From Pelomyxa schiedti (taxonomy: Eukaryota; Protista; Evosea): a DNA stretch of 59,801 nt. The translations under genes and the position numbers were made by a program. The stretch is from positions 1 through 59,801 of the forward strand of contig JAHLWZ010000762.1 in the NCBI GenBank assembly GCA_020536535.1. The letters run 5' to 3'. The notes under the pieces are model-generated. The model saw only the letters and a list, made by a program, of their open reading frames with translations. It made no database searches and had not been told where the DNA came from. This document shows positions 12,579 through 26,785 of this stretch, one piece after another (position 1 is the first letter of the stretch; the number at the start of each line of letters is the position of its first letter).

Positions 12579-15166
12579 ATGACGAGTGGCTGCGTGAGTG
12601 TTTTGGAGGTGTCGCGAGTTGTGTGGGACTGGGTGTTGGTCCCGTGGGTCATCCCACAGTCCCACCACACCCTCATGTTCTTTCATTCTCATCATCACAA
12701 CAACAACGCGGAGGAGGACCTCTACGGGCTCGGACCCGAGTACTTCTTCCTCAACAGGACACCCAAGGACAAGCACACAGTGACTCTGTTGCGAGTGGCC
12801 GAGGCGATGTTCCCCCTCGCTGGGCTGGTCTGCCGGGCCCTCATGCGGGCCCGCGATGCCTCCCGCCGTTGGTTCCTCAGCTGTTGCGGGGAAGCCCAGG
12901 CACCCTCCTGCTGCCGCTGGCTCCTGGACCACTTCCCCCACGGCTCCCCCACCATCACAAGCGGCCCTCAGGGGGAAGAGGCGCTGGAGTGGAGGAGGCA
13001 GGGGTGGGGGAAGGAGTGCATGGCTGTGCTGACCGGGCTGTGCCGCGGGGGTCACCTGGACTCGGCCAGGAGGTTCGTGGACGAAGGGGCACCCTGGGGC
13101 TCGTTGCTGTGGCCTCGCAACAGGGCTCCTGCTGTCACTGGTGATTCCCGATGTCCTTCAGCAGCAAGAAATACCAGGGTTTCACCACTTCCCACTGCTT
13201 CTACTTGTGGTGAAACCCATAACTCCGGCAGCGCGAGTGGAAGGGGGTTTGTGTTTTATCCACTTCCCACTTGTTATCACAAGTATGATGATCGTAAAGC
13301 TGTTGGAAGTGGTGGCGACTTTACCGTTGGGAGGCTGGAGAGCGAATTCTGGGGTGATAAGGGTATCCCAGCACTCCTGGACATTGTGGCCAAACGAGGG
13401 CACCTCGACACCCTCAAGTGGGCATTTTCTCGCTTTGGCGGGACCGACGAGTCTTGGTTTCTGCTGATACGACTTCAATTTGCAGTCAAGGGGTTCCAGG
13501 TCGACACGGTTGTGTGGCTGGTAAACACAATCAATTCCACAGAGAGGTTGGCCCCCCGGCTGACGGAGTGGTGGTGGGTTGCACCTCGCCGTGCGTCTGA
13601 CATCAGGAGGCTCATTGAAACGCTTCCAGAGTTGCCATTTGATGTTGGTGGAATGGGATGGAGTGCAGTGAAATGCAAGGGATCAGCAGACGAGATCATC
13701 AAAGTGTGCGAGTGGCTGATGCAGCGGTTTCCGTCAGAGAAAATGGATTTCACCTACTCCAGGAACTGTGAAGTCCTCAAGTGGGCACTGGAAGGTGTGA
13801 ACCCTTCCCTTCTCGAACCCAGATTGGGGCGTATTCTTCATAATGTGGATGATGTTCAGTTTGCACAGTGGTTGTTGGAGAGAACAACCCCAACCTGTGA
13901 CGATTTCATGAGTGTATGCACGCACAGAAAGGACAACGTGGACATTGCCAAATTGGTGTTTGGAAGAATCACTATCAGTTCTAGGGATATCCTTATTGCT
14001 CTGTACTCAGCACTTGGATACGATAACTCACGCATTGCACAGTGGCTTGAGGAGTGCTTCTTCAGTCTCACTAAAACAACGCCAACTCTTTCCCTGAGAA
14101 AGCTTTTGGAAAAGAATGAATTTGACGTGCCAGACGTGACCGACTTCCTTCGATGTAGACCATTGTTCAACTGGGCCATGCAGCATTTAGGGGATGTGGG
14201 CTGCAGCATCCCAGAGAGCGAAGTTGTTGACTGGCTGCAGGACATTTCCGCTTCCTCAGACCCTGAAACATCCCACCTGGACAGAGACACCAGGGACCTG
14301 GCGTTTTTTATGATTGAGAAGTTCAGGCCACATTTGGGGGACTGGTTCTCATTCCCGATTTATCTAGAGGAGGCAATGGCAGATGATGACCTCCTTCAAG
14401 TCAAAAAGACTGTGCACCTTGCTGAAACTCAAGTTGGTGGGCTGGTTCCCTCTGATGTTCTGGGTCTGTTAACTTGCACACACCCCAGCAAAGTGGTCAA
14501 GTGGCTGATTTCACATTTCAACTTGGAAAAGGAAATGACCTCAAAACAGAAGGGGGAGATTCTGACTTCCTTGATTTCAAGTAATAAGTGTAGTTGCGCA
14601 CAGTGGTTTGCCAACAAGGTCTCTGGCACTACAGAAGGTTTTTCCAATGGAGTACGTTCCATTCACCTGCTGCAAAAAACAAAACAGCCACTAACCTCAG
14701 AAAAAAGGTTTTCGAGCTGCAGCCGTTTTGCCCCATAGGAATGGATTTTGCAGGCTGGAGTTTGATGTTAAGAATGTTCCCAACCATCACCAAAGAAGCT
14801 GTCATTGACCACTTCTTGGACACCATTGCACAGTCACCACTCCTGGTGCTGTGGCCTGATATCGTTGCGAATGAAGAATATCTCACAGCTGCAAAGAATT
14901 GGGACAAGTGGGAAACCATTTGGTGGTTGCAGGACCAAGGTCTCCTCCCAGAGACAACAACAACCCCAAACACAGACAACGACCACGACAATGACCAAGA
15001 CACTGAGGTTCACAGTGGCCTCTTTTTTGACCCTGACCCTGAGGATTACATTGGTGTCTTTGACCATGACCCTGCAACTGACACTGACCCAGACTCTGAA
15101 GATCAAGGTCTCCTCCCAAAGACAACAACCCCAAACACAGATGACAACTGGGGGGAATTTACGTAA
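12579..15166 (+). CDS. Degenerate ankyrin-like repeat protein (expanded family), copy A
   Basis: 719-aa ORF plus intron ~14652-14708 and a last exon. Motifs SRVVWD, AEAMFPL, KECMAVLTGLCRGGH, AKRGHLDTLKW. Paralog of 26786-29126. Confidence 0.8.
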
Positions 15167-15859
15167 GCATTAGAAACTACTGGAATTTAGAAAAGAGGTG
15201 ACCACCTCATACCGGGGCAATGAGAAAAACAGAATTTTTTTGTGAGCAAGGCAGCGTGAAGCGGCCCCGTTTTGCCGGGATTTGTTGATGTTTTGTGCCG
15301 CGGGCGGTTGCCGCGGCGGCAGCGCGGTGTGTGTGTTGAATCGGGTCTCACCACGGCTGCGCGGCCTTGACATAAATGGCATGTCCGGGGTTGTGGAGAC
15401 GGTGCAGTGACTTTGTTCACTACCATCAAAAAAATCGCTGCTACGAGGGGAGATCACCAGTGGTGAAGAGGAACAAGCGGTACCCGCCTTGTGTCGTCTA
15501 TAATTAAATCATCAGTTTTCTCCTCCCTCCAATCCATCTTCCGCCTGGGCTACCACACATTGCCCAGCAACAGGAGGTCTACTCCAATCGACAGACTTAG
15601 ATTTCGCCAACCAGAGATGGTTGGTGAGACACTTCCGATTTTTACTGGCCCATGGAGATGGTAAAAGGGGGGAGAGTGGTAGAGAAGGGGGGAAGGGTCG
15701 AGTCAGAAATTGTTGGTACCACATTCACTGAAACTGAAGCGCACCAGTGTTGGCGGGCCCAGTGGAATGGGCAAGGAATGAGAGGAGAACGCGGCCAAAG
15801 TTTGGCCAATGAACAGCACTCTGGGCTGGTTCAGAAGGAGGGAAGGAGGCGACGAGGAA

Positions 15860-17650
15860 CTCTCAGGAGAGTGTTGGGATAGAACTGGACATCACCACGT
15901 ACGACGATTGCGGGCACCACGACGACGATTTCCCCGGCTTTGTTGACAACCAGGATCACCACATGTGCCGTAGGATCAAAGAATGGCGCAGATCTTACGA
16001 CGATATCAGGCTCTCACGCGAAAACTTCGTGAAGGCGTCGCACGTGCACCTTCCAAGACGACCTGCTCGATGTTCTGGCCAAAGCAGACCGCTGCATCTC
16101 GGTGCTGCTCGAGGCAAGTAAACGGACCCCGGAGTCCATGGCGCTGAAGCTCCTGGTCAGTCCTCTGCTTATTAGCGAGCCGGGGAGGGGCCTGTCTTCC
16201 GCCGTCGCGCGTCGTTGCGTTCGCGGCTTCGCGATGTATGTACATGCACGAGATTGGGCACGGCCCCGCGGAGATGTGGGCGATGCTGAGCGGCACGATG
16301 AAGGAGATTGTGGGAGTTGGTGCGACTGCTGGCATGGGCGACGTCGGGAGGCGGCACTTTGACTTGATGGCATGCGCCTGCGCACAGCAGATTGCAGATT
16401 CGTTGATTTCCGAGTTTGAGGTGATGAATGACATGGTGCCTGTGTGCGTTGGGCCGTTCATCGGAAGGTTGTTTAGATGGCTTCAAGGGATCACGTTCAG
16501 GGCCCAGACTTGACAGCGTTGAACCGCTCAATGTTCATTTTGAAGAGGTTGATGTGGGTTCCAAACTGCAGGCATTTGTTCGTTCCATTTGAAAACCAAC
16601 TGCACGTGATTGTCAACAAGGCATCGGGAAATTCACAGAAAGGAATGCTCGCGTGTTGCATGAACCTTGTCTCGATGCTGCCACAGTTTGTTCATGACCT
16701 CTGTGATTCATTTGTGTTGAAGCTGGATGGTGTCACTGATTGCACAGTGGCGAGGAACCTTCTGAGCTGGGTGAACGGATGGGTTTTTTCCTCTTCAGGC
16801 TCCAAATGGTACTATCACTAATGCTGCTGGGTTTCTCAAGAGCAATGTCACGGCTCGAATCACCGGCTGTGTACTCTGGTTCTGTGAGAGGATTTCTTTG
16901 CGGGAAGTCAACCTTGACAGGCTCGTCTGGCTCCTTGAGAACTGTCTGTCAAAGTTGAACATGTTGTGCTCTGCGGATCCTCCGAATGGACACAGGGTTG
17001 TCCTCCAGTTCGTCAAGGACAACATTGAAAGAAACAACCTCTTCCTCAAGTCTGTTTCAGCATTGATGATCGTCCCAGTGATTGTCACAGGAGGCACAGT
17101 TGATGAGAATCCCGTGACCTTGTTGTGCCCTTTCTTCCAAAGACCGTTTTCTTGGGGCAGCAGCAGAAGTTTCTTGTTCTTCATCTTGATTGCTTTGAGT
17201 TGGAGTTTGTTGCGCCATGAAATTTGCATTTGCCTTCGTGAAAAGAGGAAGATTTCTGATTCGAACAGCACAGAACTTCAACATCTGAAACAGCAACCCA
17301 TCATTCCCGTTCCTGTGCCTTTCCAGTGCCTTCTCAAACAAACATTCAACTGAACTCGTGGAGGTCAACATGTGAAACACTTTCTTCAATGAGAACTGGT
17401 GGGGAACCATCAGAGCATGCAAGCATGAGTGCCTTCATCACGATACAAGGTGCACGTTCTCAGGACTGTTCTCCTCTGTTGGCTCCACAGTGCATCGTCA
17501 TCAGACACTCAACAGCAGTCACCTTCGTCGTCGTCGTCGTAGTCGTAGTCGTAGTCGTCATCATCAAAAGGGTATTTCATTGGGAGGTTGTCACCAAACA
17601 CCATCTACTTCATCCTTTCCTTCCTCTCACCTGCCCACTGGTTGCCATGA
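15860..17650 (+). pseudogene. Pseudogene paralog of the 40118-43174 ankyrin/F-box-like gene
   Basis: Shares LKRLMWVPNCRHLFVPF, LKSVSALMIVPVIVTGG.V.EN, LRTVLLCWL and IGRLS..TI..ILSFLSP.HW with 40118-43174. Has a 4-bp duplication frameshift (~16234), further frameshifts and large internal deletions. Confidence 0.85.
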
Positions 17651-18859
17651 AAAAATCTGTTCCTCTTTTTGTTGAAAAATAAAAGTGGCTCCTTCATCTC
17701 TTCAGGCACACCACTGAAAACGTGGTATTCAGTTTGTTTAGCCTTTGAATGGAACAGCGAGCTGAGACGCACTGTAGATAACCAGGAGCCAGTGTAACAT
17801 GTCTTCAGAAAACGAAGTTACTGGAAGGAGAGCAATGCTAATCCTCAGAAACATTGGATAATATAACGAAGGTGAAAGGCCAGTAGCACCATCATTAGTG
17901 CCCTCCCGGATAGATCGTCATAAAAAATACTTCCGTTTCGATCCGCTTCTCTTGGTATTGGAGGACTGCTTTGAAGAAATTGTTTTTGGCATGCAAAATT
18001 CAAGAGGATAAAATGCAGGCAGAAAATATGTCCTGATCCAGTTGTGGAGTGGAAGATAAAACCTTGGATCCCTTGAAGCCAAGCATTTACTGAGTGCTTC
18101 TACTTGGACATCAATACTGTTGTTTCCATCTGGACCAGCTGAGAGTGAGAAGCTGGTGCTCCTTCGTGTGTTCAGGAACACTGAAAACGTGATAATTTGA
18201 AGAGAACAAAATAGCCATTCCCTGTCTCCACTCCTTGAACCTACAGTAAATCAAAGGACCTGCCTGTCTTTCACTCTATTATTGGGTCTATGTGTTTCTC
18301 CACACCATCAGGTTCTTCTATGTCGGCTGCCTCTCAATATTGGCATCAGCTCGGGGGTTGTGAAGTAATTCCAATGGGCTTCCTGGTGTCCTGATTTCAC
18401 AACCCAGGGAAATAGTCGGGCACTCAATGTGACGGTGATTCAGATGCTGTCACCAGAAGAAATTAATATATTGGCAGGAGCTTCGAAACGATGTCGAGAT
18501 GGCTGATTCCTCCGCAGTGAGTCAAGTAAGAACAATTTCCGGCTCTTTTCTTGGAAAAGAAAAGGTCTCTCGGCTACTGGAAAATATTTCGATTCGGAAT
18601 TATAGGAGATCGTCATGCCGTTGGTATTTCTGTGTCCCAGGGGCCGATGTGTGACTAGCTATCAAGGATCCATAACACCAAGAAACAAAAACGAACCTGA
18701 CGCGTGTGACTTTTATTGTTTGGCTGAAGGCTCTGTAACCTCTTATTTCTATCTCTCTGGTTGTGCATCCTGTGCACCCTCTTTGGAGCCAATCCCATCA
18801 TCAATTTCTCATTTGCATAGGCAGTGTCCAAATGGCTTTCCTGCTGGACATGCTCGATA

Positions 18860-18940
18860 ATCTTAATATCTCAACTCATTCACGAAGTGCCCTGTGCCCT
18901 GCTCCCACTTGCGTGTTCCATGTTTCATTGTGGGTGCTGG
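18860..18940 (-). repeat. Dispersed decayed repeat family (THNE-W), copy 1
   Basis: Reverse complement cagcacccacaatgaaacatgg...aagtgggagcagggcacagg matches 21781 onward. Confidence 0.6.
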
Positions 18941-21774
18941 GGTACATGGTGATCTCTGATTTTCTACAAGTGACCAACGCGGCCACATCATCCCTGATGT
19001 TTTATCCTTTGATCAACAGGCTAATGCATGGGCGTGGCAGCAATAAGGAGGATGTGACTAGACTATCCTGGAGTGCCTCATTTTCATTGTCAAAGTGATG
19101 TTGAGAGAATGAGCAAGAGTTCATAACCTGGTATGTGAGCCCCAGTCCTCTTTCTTTTTGTTTACTCAATTAACTTGATGTGATGTTGTCTTAAGTGAAG
19201 AGCATGTGGAGCTTCCTGGCTTTTTGCAGACACAGCCCAAGCCCTGCATAATATGTGTCTGCCAAGTTGACCCACATCAAAACACCTCCTATCACTGGAG
19301 GGTGTGAAGTAGGACAAGGAAGCTGACACCCTTGTGGTAGCCATGGTGACACTGTTTGTAGAAACTGGCAGTTTTGCCACCGATTTAACAGATTAAATGC
19401 TCTCGACTTGGAATTACGGGACTTCCTCATCTTGCAGGCACATCTGTGTCATAAAACTGGGAGATTCATGCATATTTTCAGCTGTTATTCAATGGGAAAC
19501 CATCCAAGCCAAGCTTGAAACGTCATCCAACATTTAACTCTTTCGCAGTAGAGGCATGGGATTGATGCAGCTTATCTCTCTCATATTCTGTGAGCGATGG
19601 AGGCTAATCAACAATTAGTTTGGTTGTTCAGTCCCCTCAAAATGAATGGAGATTTTGATGCATGGGAAAAATAAGAGACCTGCCCATATTGAAACTGTGA
19701 AAAGGTGGGTCTTGAACTTTGGTCCTTCATAAAAAAGCATGCACCTCCTATTCATTTCCTGTGTGAGCCAGCATCCAGACATCAAATGCTACATAACCCT
19801 GGGTCCCATGAATGTATGGTAGGAAGTCGGAGGTGCCCTCCTAATATGAGCCTGCCCCCATTTACAAGATACAATGCCACTTTCCATTGTAGGAACTCAA
19901 AAGGCTGAGGAGGAAAAATTCGTTTTGGGGAAACTTCCTGAAGATATCATCCAACGTAGTTGATATTACACATCTCCAGTGCAATTGCGCAGCACAAGCC
20001 CAAAGAGGCTGTGAGCACTGCAGCAGAGGATCAAAATAAGGGCTCCACAAAGGTTGGAATTGTATGTTCTCACATCATCACGAGAAACAACTCCACCAGA
20101 AAAAGCCAATTCTTTTTTGCAGTAGAGCATGGAGTTGAAAAAAGCGTTGGAACTGCAGAAAATCATTGGGGCTTAAAATAAAAACATGTTCCACTTTGAA
20201 TTATGATGGTGTGAAATCGTATCATGCTGAAGTCCTGTGAATTCTGCCTGATTTGGAATTGAACAATACACACCCCACCAGGAAAACACACAAGATACAT
20301 CACATTCTCCATACATAAAATCTTCAGCAACTGGGCAAGTGTGAGGATCCAGCAACACCACCAACATCAAACAGGTCCGGCAGATGGAGGAGGTTCTTGG
20401 AGCTTGTCATGGGAAGAAATCAGGACCTGCGAGCCAATCAAACAGCTGATGAATGTAACCCAGGGATGGTGCTGTAATGGCAATGGCCAGCCCCCAGGGG
20501 ATTTGATTCACCAGCACCTAGAATGACAGCAGTTCCAGTTCCAATTTTCACCAATGTTGGTTCTCAGGAATGGCATTGTGACACTTTCATTTAAGAGATA
20601 GAAATGCAATCCATTTTTCATTATGGGTGGCTTGCTTGACAAGGAATCTGAACAGTCAGGGGGAACAAGGCAGTAGATTTTTAAACAGAAAATCCAAGAC
20701 CACAGATCGGCAGAGGTATGTTAATTGGAAGGGAACAAAAAAACGAAATTAATTGCAGCATCTGAAGCCATTTAAAAGATGAAAACCCGATCACTTTCGG
20801 TATTCAGAAGCGATAATGATATACAAAGTTGCAGGAAAGTGATGAAAAACGGCTGGATCAGGAGTTGGTGACAGGCTAAAGTCTGGATCCAGTGGGAGTG
20901 TTTGAGCAGCTAGTTACTCTGATGACATAGTTTACAGTTTTGGAGTTTCTGATTGGTGCTTCTCTGGCTGTGGCAAAGCATAGTTCACATCTTCACAGAG
21001 ATATGGCACTTTGTTCAGTCATCTGAGCCATGAAAAGGGAATGCTTTTTGTGACACTTGGATTCTGCTGGATTTCTTGCTCAAACTCTTTTCCATTATAC
21101 CTGGCTCGAGAAGAAGAATCGCACTGGAGAGTAGAGAAGAGACATGATAACTCCACCAATCCGTTCACACCGGGAGAGGCTCAGTTCCGAGGAAAAACGC
21201 AACCAAAGGTCAGGCCTTGAAGAAGAACCGCAACTGTTCGCTGTTCACATGACATGAAATTGGCTGCAAAGTATTTCGGATGTCCAATACCCGATAACGA
21301 TTAGAAATGAAAAAGCGGAGTCCGTTGTTGTTGTTGGCGACACCTGCGAATAAAATGACCAACGTACCGGTCGCTGTTGCCTACGGTAACGAATTTAAGT
21401 CTCTTGATACTCACCTTTTTTTTTACCTTTGGTGGATCTGCGATTGTTCTGGGTGTCGATTCATCAAGCTGGTTGGTGATGTGGGTGAAAAAAGGACCAC
21501 TGGTTATGAAGTTAATACTCCATAACGCATGTTTTTTTGTAATCCTTTCTTCCCGGCCTGCCAATTTGAATTCTACCACTGTTCCTTGCTGAGCAAGGTT
21601 CTTCTTTTGAGTTTCCCCCAAAAAACATAAGACAAAAATTTACTAAATAGCAGAAGTACAAGCCTCTTAATGTCGGAACATAAATTTCGAACTGACTTGC
21701 ATGAGGGAGGTTACCATGAGCGAACAGAAGTGATGGTTCTTCTTCAACACTTTATTTAAAACTCCGTCATCGGC

Positions 21775-21995
21775 CGTCAACACCCACAATGAAACATGAA
21801 CGGATCATGTTTTTATCTTTAAATGGAAGTGGAACACAAGGCAATACCAGATGATTTGCATTGAAACTGTTCCGTTTGGGAATAGAAGAACATACCGTCG
21901 AACAGCCACTTCTGTACACGCACTGGCCGATCTTCCAAGTTAACTCTATTCCCGAACTGGGGACTTGGATTTTTTTTTTATCCTTTGTCCTGGCA
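21775..21995 (+). repeat. Dispersed decayed repeat family (THNE-W), copy 2
   Basis: cacccacaatgaaacatg...tttttatctttaaatgg...ttgaaact...tttttatcctttgtcc is collinear with the reverse complement of 38355-38600 and 39040-39275. Confidence 0.7.
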
Positions 21996-22980
21996 GTTTC
22001 TGGAGGGAGTCTGGGATGGCTAACTCTTACCCTACCAACACGCCGATTCTGTATTTTTAGAGTGCCGGATTGGCTTTTTCCTTCTCGACAACGACTACGG
22101 CCAGCCCCCACGTTTGGACCGGCAACGTCGTGCGTAGTGGGCGCATCCGTGCTCAACACCTTGTAGATCTCCTGGATAAAAACGTGCAGCTCTTTATCGG
22201 CGATGCTTGAGTCTCAGAATCCTCCTCCTCGCCCTGCTTCTGAGAATTGTACCGGAAAGGTTCCAGCACCAAGTTTGAGGCTCCCACCCACAGGCATATT
22301 TCTGGCCCATGTATTCCTATCCAAAAGAAAAAAATCTCAGTGGGGGCCAATACTTGATCCCAGATTCATGTGTCCGGCGCACCGAGTTTGAGGATCCCTC
22401 CTGGCAATTCAACCAAGTATGATAAGTGAATGCCAATACAGGTGAGACTGCAGTCCATTTTTGGGTGAAAAGCCATGTGTGATGCCCTCCTTAAAGGTGG
22501 CTGTGGCTTGTATATTAACAGGGTTTCTGTCAGACTGTTTGGCTCCAAATAAGCAAAGAAGATCCAATACAACCGAAGTACATTGCTACGGCTCTTGCCC
22601 AAAAATGTGCGTAACTCCTGAGTCAAGGAGTCTACATGAATGTTAACAAGTGACGGCACTACACATATCTTCCAATCATGCACTGGCAGCAATGTTATGC
22701 GAGCATCATAAATGCGAACTAGGGTAAACTTACAGAAGTTGCTTCCAGAGAAACAGAGGCACGAAAATAGCAAATCATGCACAGTCACAGTGCCATTTTT
22801 TTCTTTTTTAAGTTGCTGCTGTGTGGCATAGATGTCTAGTGAGGCCAGAATAACCCCTGTGGAGATCATTCCCGAAAAAAAAAGCCATTCCCTAGCACAA
22901 TAAAACACCACCTTTTTTGTTTGAAGAAAACCACAAAAAAAAACGCACAAAAAAAGGTGGTGTCTCTCTTGTGCTAGGAA

Positions 22981-25900
22981 ATGGCTGCAATCATCAGAAT
23001 TGTGAGTGACATGATGAGCGGGTTCACCACAGCGTGCGCTACGGGGCAGCTCCAACGCATCGAGCTTCTCCTCACGTCGCCCAACACCTACTTCCACCCC
23101 GAGGAGATCTCCCGGGGCCTCGTTTCCGCCTGCCGCGAGGGCCACGTCCCCGTCGTCGCCCGCCTCCTCCGCCTCCCCGCCGTCGGAGATCGGTCCGTTC
23201 CTTCGACCTACAGAGGCTTTCTCAGGCACTCCATAAACTACGCCGTACCCTGCGAGGGAACTGGAGGCACAGGCACAGGCACAGGCACAGACACAGGCAC
23301 AGTCTCCGGCACTACGCCGCTCGGCAGCTCCGCCGGACCAGACGAAGCAGTGGAAGGAGTGACCGCGGCGCCTCCTGCAGTAGAGACGGTGCTGGGGGCC
23401 GCCTGTCAGGGGGGCCGCGAGGAGGTGGTCAGGATGCTTCTGAGGGAGCCAGGGATCGAGGCTGGGGTGGGAACCCCGCTGTGCTTCGCGTGTCAGGGGG
23501 GACACTTGATAATAGTCAACATGCTTCTGGAGAAGCTGCTCGATTCCATCAGCACCGACGAGATAGGCAGAAGCCTGGTGGTAGCGTGCAAGAGTGGATT
23601 CTACGGAATCGTGGTGGCGCTGATGGGACTGAAGCCACCCCACATGAAGGTAAACTTGCTGTCCACTATGGTCGCCGGGGAGACTCCACTGTGCACAGCT
23701 TGCGGGGCCGGCGTCTTGGATGTTGTCAACTTGCTGCTGGAGGAAATGGGAAGCAACCCTGTTTACACCAGGGATATATCAGAAGCGTTTGTCATTGCGT
23801 GCAAGGGTGGCTACGTTGACATTGTCAACAAGTTTTTGAGCTTGCCACGGAACATGAGGCCTTCTCTCATACACACGTCGAAGCTGGATAGGACTGCCCT
23901 GAGTGCGGCGTGTGAGGCTGGGCACCGGGCAATCGTGGACTTGCTTCTAAGAGAAGACTTTGATGTCAACCTTGGAAACCCACTGTGGTACGCCTCAATG
24001 AACAATCACTTGGAAATTGTTAGGAGTTTGTTGAGGAATCCCACCATTACCGTGAACAAAATGCTAGAGAACAAAACGCCACTTGTCGTTGCCATTCTTC
24101 ACAATCAGATTGATAAAGACTTCCTTGTTGCCCGAGTGCTGATTTCACATTCTGGTTTGATTCCACCGCATTGCCAAGAAGCAGTTGTAAGAAAACTTAG
24201 GGGGCATAAAAAATTTTGTGAGCTCTTACAACTCGGTATGATCAAACAAATGAATAGTTGCTTCGAAATTAACGTGATGATACAGCAACCAGCATTGAGC
24301 TTGCAAATTTATTGTTGGATCGCCAACACCCAAGTTGAACTTTGTTTCCATTTGATTTTTCTCACAACTTTTTAGATTTTCAACCGGAAATAAGGAACAC
24401 AGGGAGAGAAAGTGACAGGGAAGAAATTCTCGAACTTAAGAAGAGTTCCACGCCCCTGTGTTTTTGAAAGTACTTACACCCTCCAAAGAGAATGCCGACC
24501 TGGAAGCGCGAATCACAAGAATTCAGGAAGAAAGGGCATCGGACTTGGCAGAAAGCAAACTCAACCAACAGATATCTTATGAAATCCAAAATTGTATGTA
24601 TCACTCACTAGCCAACCCTTAGTGAAATTACTGTGTCAACCATCTATCAGATACCGATCACGTGCTGGCACATGTCTCAGGAGGCTCGTGGTGCAATGTA
24701 CTTCCTGACGGCAGTTGCAAGAAGGGCCAAATCAAAATTTGGTTTGAAGAGTCTCCCTCCTTTGATGAAATTGTGTGCTATTCTTGCCCTCTCGACATGG
24801 TACTTGTACTTCTCTCTGTGATTTTTTTAATTATCTCTCCCAAAGGCTGCCAAGATCATCGTCACAAGAAAGTTTGGTTTTGACACCAAAGAACTAGTCG
24901 TCACGGCGGTTGGAGCAGACAACTCATCAGAAGAACTGTTGACGGACACGAACAGAACTCTGACAGACCTTCAGCAAGGCAGCAGTGGTGCTGATAAGGT
25001 TACACAGATTAAAGTCAGAATAACTTCCCTGGTGAGATTCCAAGAGAGCGACCTAAAGGTGGTGAGCACACTGGGGGTGGGGTCATATGGAACAGTTTTC
25101 AAGTGCCTCCACATCCCAACAAACACATATGTGGCAGTGAAGGCTCTTCACGAGGCTATCCGGTCTGAGTTCAACAACACCCGTTTTTGGGAGGAATTCG
25201 CGGTATTTTTGTCCACCTTCCTCCCCAAAGCTTTTGAAACTAATGCAATTCAATTCAATCACCAGATTCATTCTCGAATGAGACACCCGAACATCGTGAG
25301 ATGCCTTGGGACATGCGTTACCATCACTGGTGGACCCTGGATCGTCTCCGAACTCATGGAAATGAACCTTCGGCAGCTCCTTCAGCGGGTTTGTTATGAT
25401 CGTTCTCTATTCCTCGAGATAATTGCAAACAGAGAAGTTTGAGCTTTCAGGAAGTCATTGCACTCTCGTTGGGAATTTGCAGAGGTGTGGCCGCACTTCA
25501 CAAGTATTGTTTAACCCAATTTTACTTGGATGATGTTAATCAGGAGGAATATCATACATCGCGACTTGAGCAGCAACAATGTTCTCCTGGATTCTCATGG
25601 GATTCCAAAGATAACCGACTTTGGTTTTCAACACTCCATTTTCCGATTACTTCATGACAGTGTTCATTGAACAGGTGTGTCACGTGTTATCAGAAGTGTG
25701 CTTGTTTCAACTTTTTCCATTGCCGGTACACCCATTTATGTGGCTCCGCAGATGCACACTCGTCACTATGGAATCCAAGGTATGTTCTCACCTTTTTTGT
25801 TGTGCCATTTATCCCCATCATTTCGCACAGGAGATATGTGGGAAATTGCAGTTTTACTGAGTGAGATGCTGAATGGAACAATAACAGTAGGACACCCAGG

Positions 25901-26479
25901 AAGTGCAGAACAAATAACCAACTTTATGCGAGAACTGAGGGACTCACTCTCTCCCCTTGACTTTGCCGGTTAGTTTCTTCCTTCCATCACCTGTGAACGG
26001 ACGAGCCGAACATACACACACATACACACAGAAGTGAATCGGCTTTGCAAGGAAACCGAAGGTGGGAATATTCCCATTGCAGAGTGCCTCATACGGCGGA
26101 ACACGATGCTGGAGGCACTCAAATGTGAGCCCAAGTTTGCCAATATCCACCCGACTTGTGTACGGTGCTTCTGCCTCGTCGTCGAGTCCTGCCTCTCCAT
26201 TCTCGGTTTGTTTCCTCCCTGCCACGTGGCACCTTCACAATCTCGCCTGTTAATGTTCCATTCAGTTCACTCACCTCAAACTTACACACAGAGAGCAACC
26301 GACCGTCGTCCCGTGCAATTGAGAAGGAGATTATGACGTGTGCACAACTCGCGTTTGGATCGTGGTCTGACGACGACGATCACGTGGAATCTTGCGTTAG
26401 CCACTGCCTTGCCGCAATGGTCGCATCGTCATTCCCCCCTTCTTCTCACTACGGCACCACAACCTTGTCATCGTCATAA
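22981..26479 (+). CDS. Ankyrin-repeat - coiled-coil - ubiquitin-like - TKL-type protein kinase (about 10 exons)
   Basis: ANK repeats (TPLCFACQGGHLIIVNMLL, TALSAACEAGHRAIVDLLL, NPLWYASMNNHLEIVRSLL). Kinase motifs: LGVGSYGTVF, VAVK, HPNIVRCLG, HRDLSSNNVLL, DFG (split by an intron), GTPIYVAPQM. Confidence 0.9.
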
Positions 26480-26785
26480 TCACACAACTGCTTTCGGTAG
26501 TCCACAAGATCCTGTGGCCGATACCCTAAGGCCACTGGGTAACGACACATTTCAACTGTGTGGTGTCGACACGACGCCCGCCGAGTTCTCAGCCTGAATG
26601 GTGAACAGGGTGGGGCCCACTGTCAGGTCCCTGATTTTGAGACCTGGTAAGTAGATTTCTTGTGTTTTTTTTTGGGTGGACTTAGTTTTTGAGCCCCAAT
26701 TTTGAACTTTGGCAAAAAGAACAACTGATCACCAGCTTCAAAAAACAGGTGGAAAACACAACTCTGGTGATTCACCAAAATGCCT

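Noticed and set aside
14640-14740. Apparent frameshift in ankyrin-like gene A
   Set aside because: Explained by a GT-AG intron (~14652-14708) with a CTAAC branch site, matching paralog B.
17700-21700. Possible genes or a hAT-like transposon in the gene-poor stretch
   Set aside because: Only short ORFs are present. A lone DPRF-like word is insufficient, and nothing could be supported beyond the THNE-W repeat.
22266-22399. 21-bp imperfect direct repeat (gcacc.agtttgagg.tccc)
   Set aside because: Only two copies and no associated element structure.
22366-23819. Long alternative-frame and antisense ORFs (22366-23643 -, 23034-23819 +; also 28461-29333, 31635-32325, 43765-44440)
   Set aside because: These are shadows of GC-rich real genes or microsatellites and have no independent motifs.
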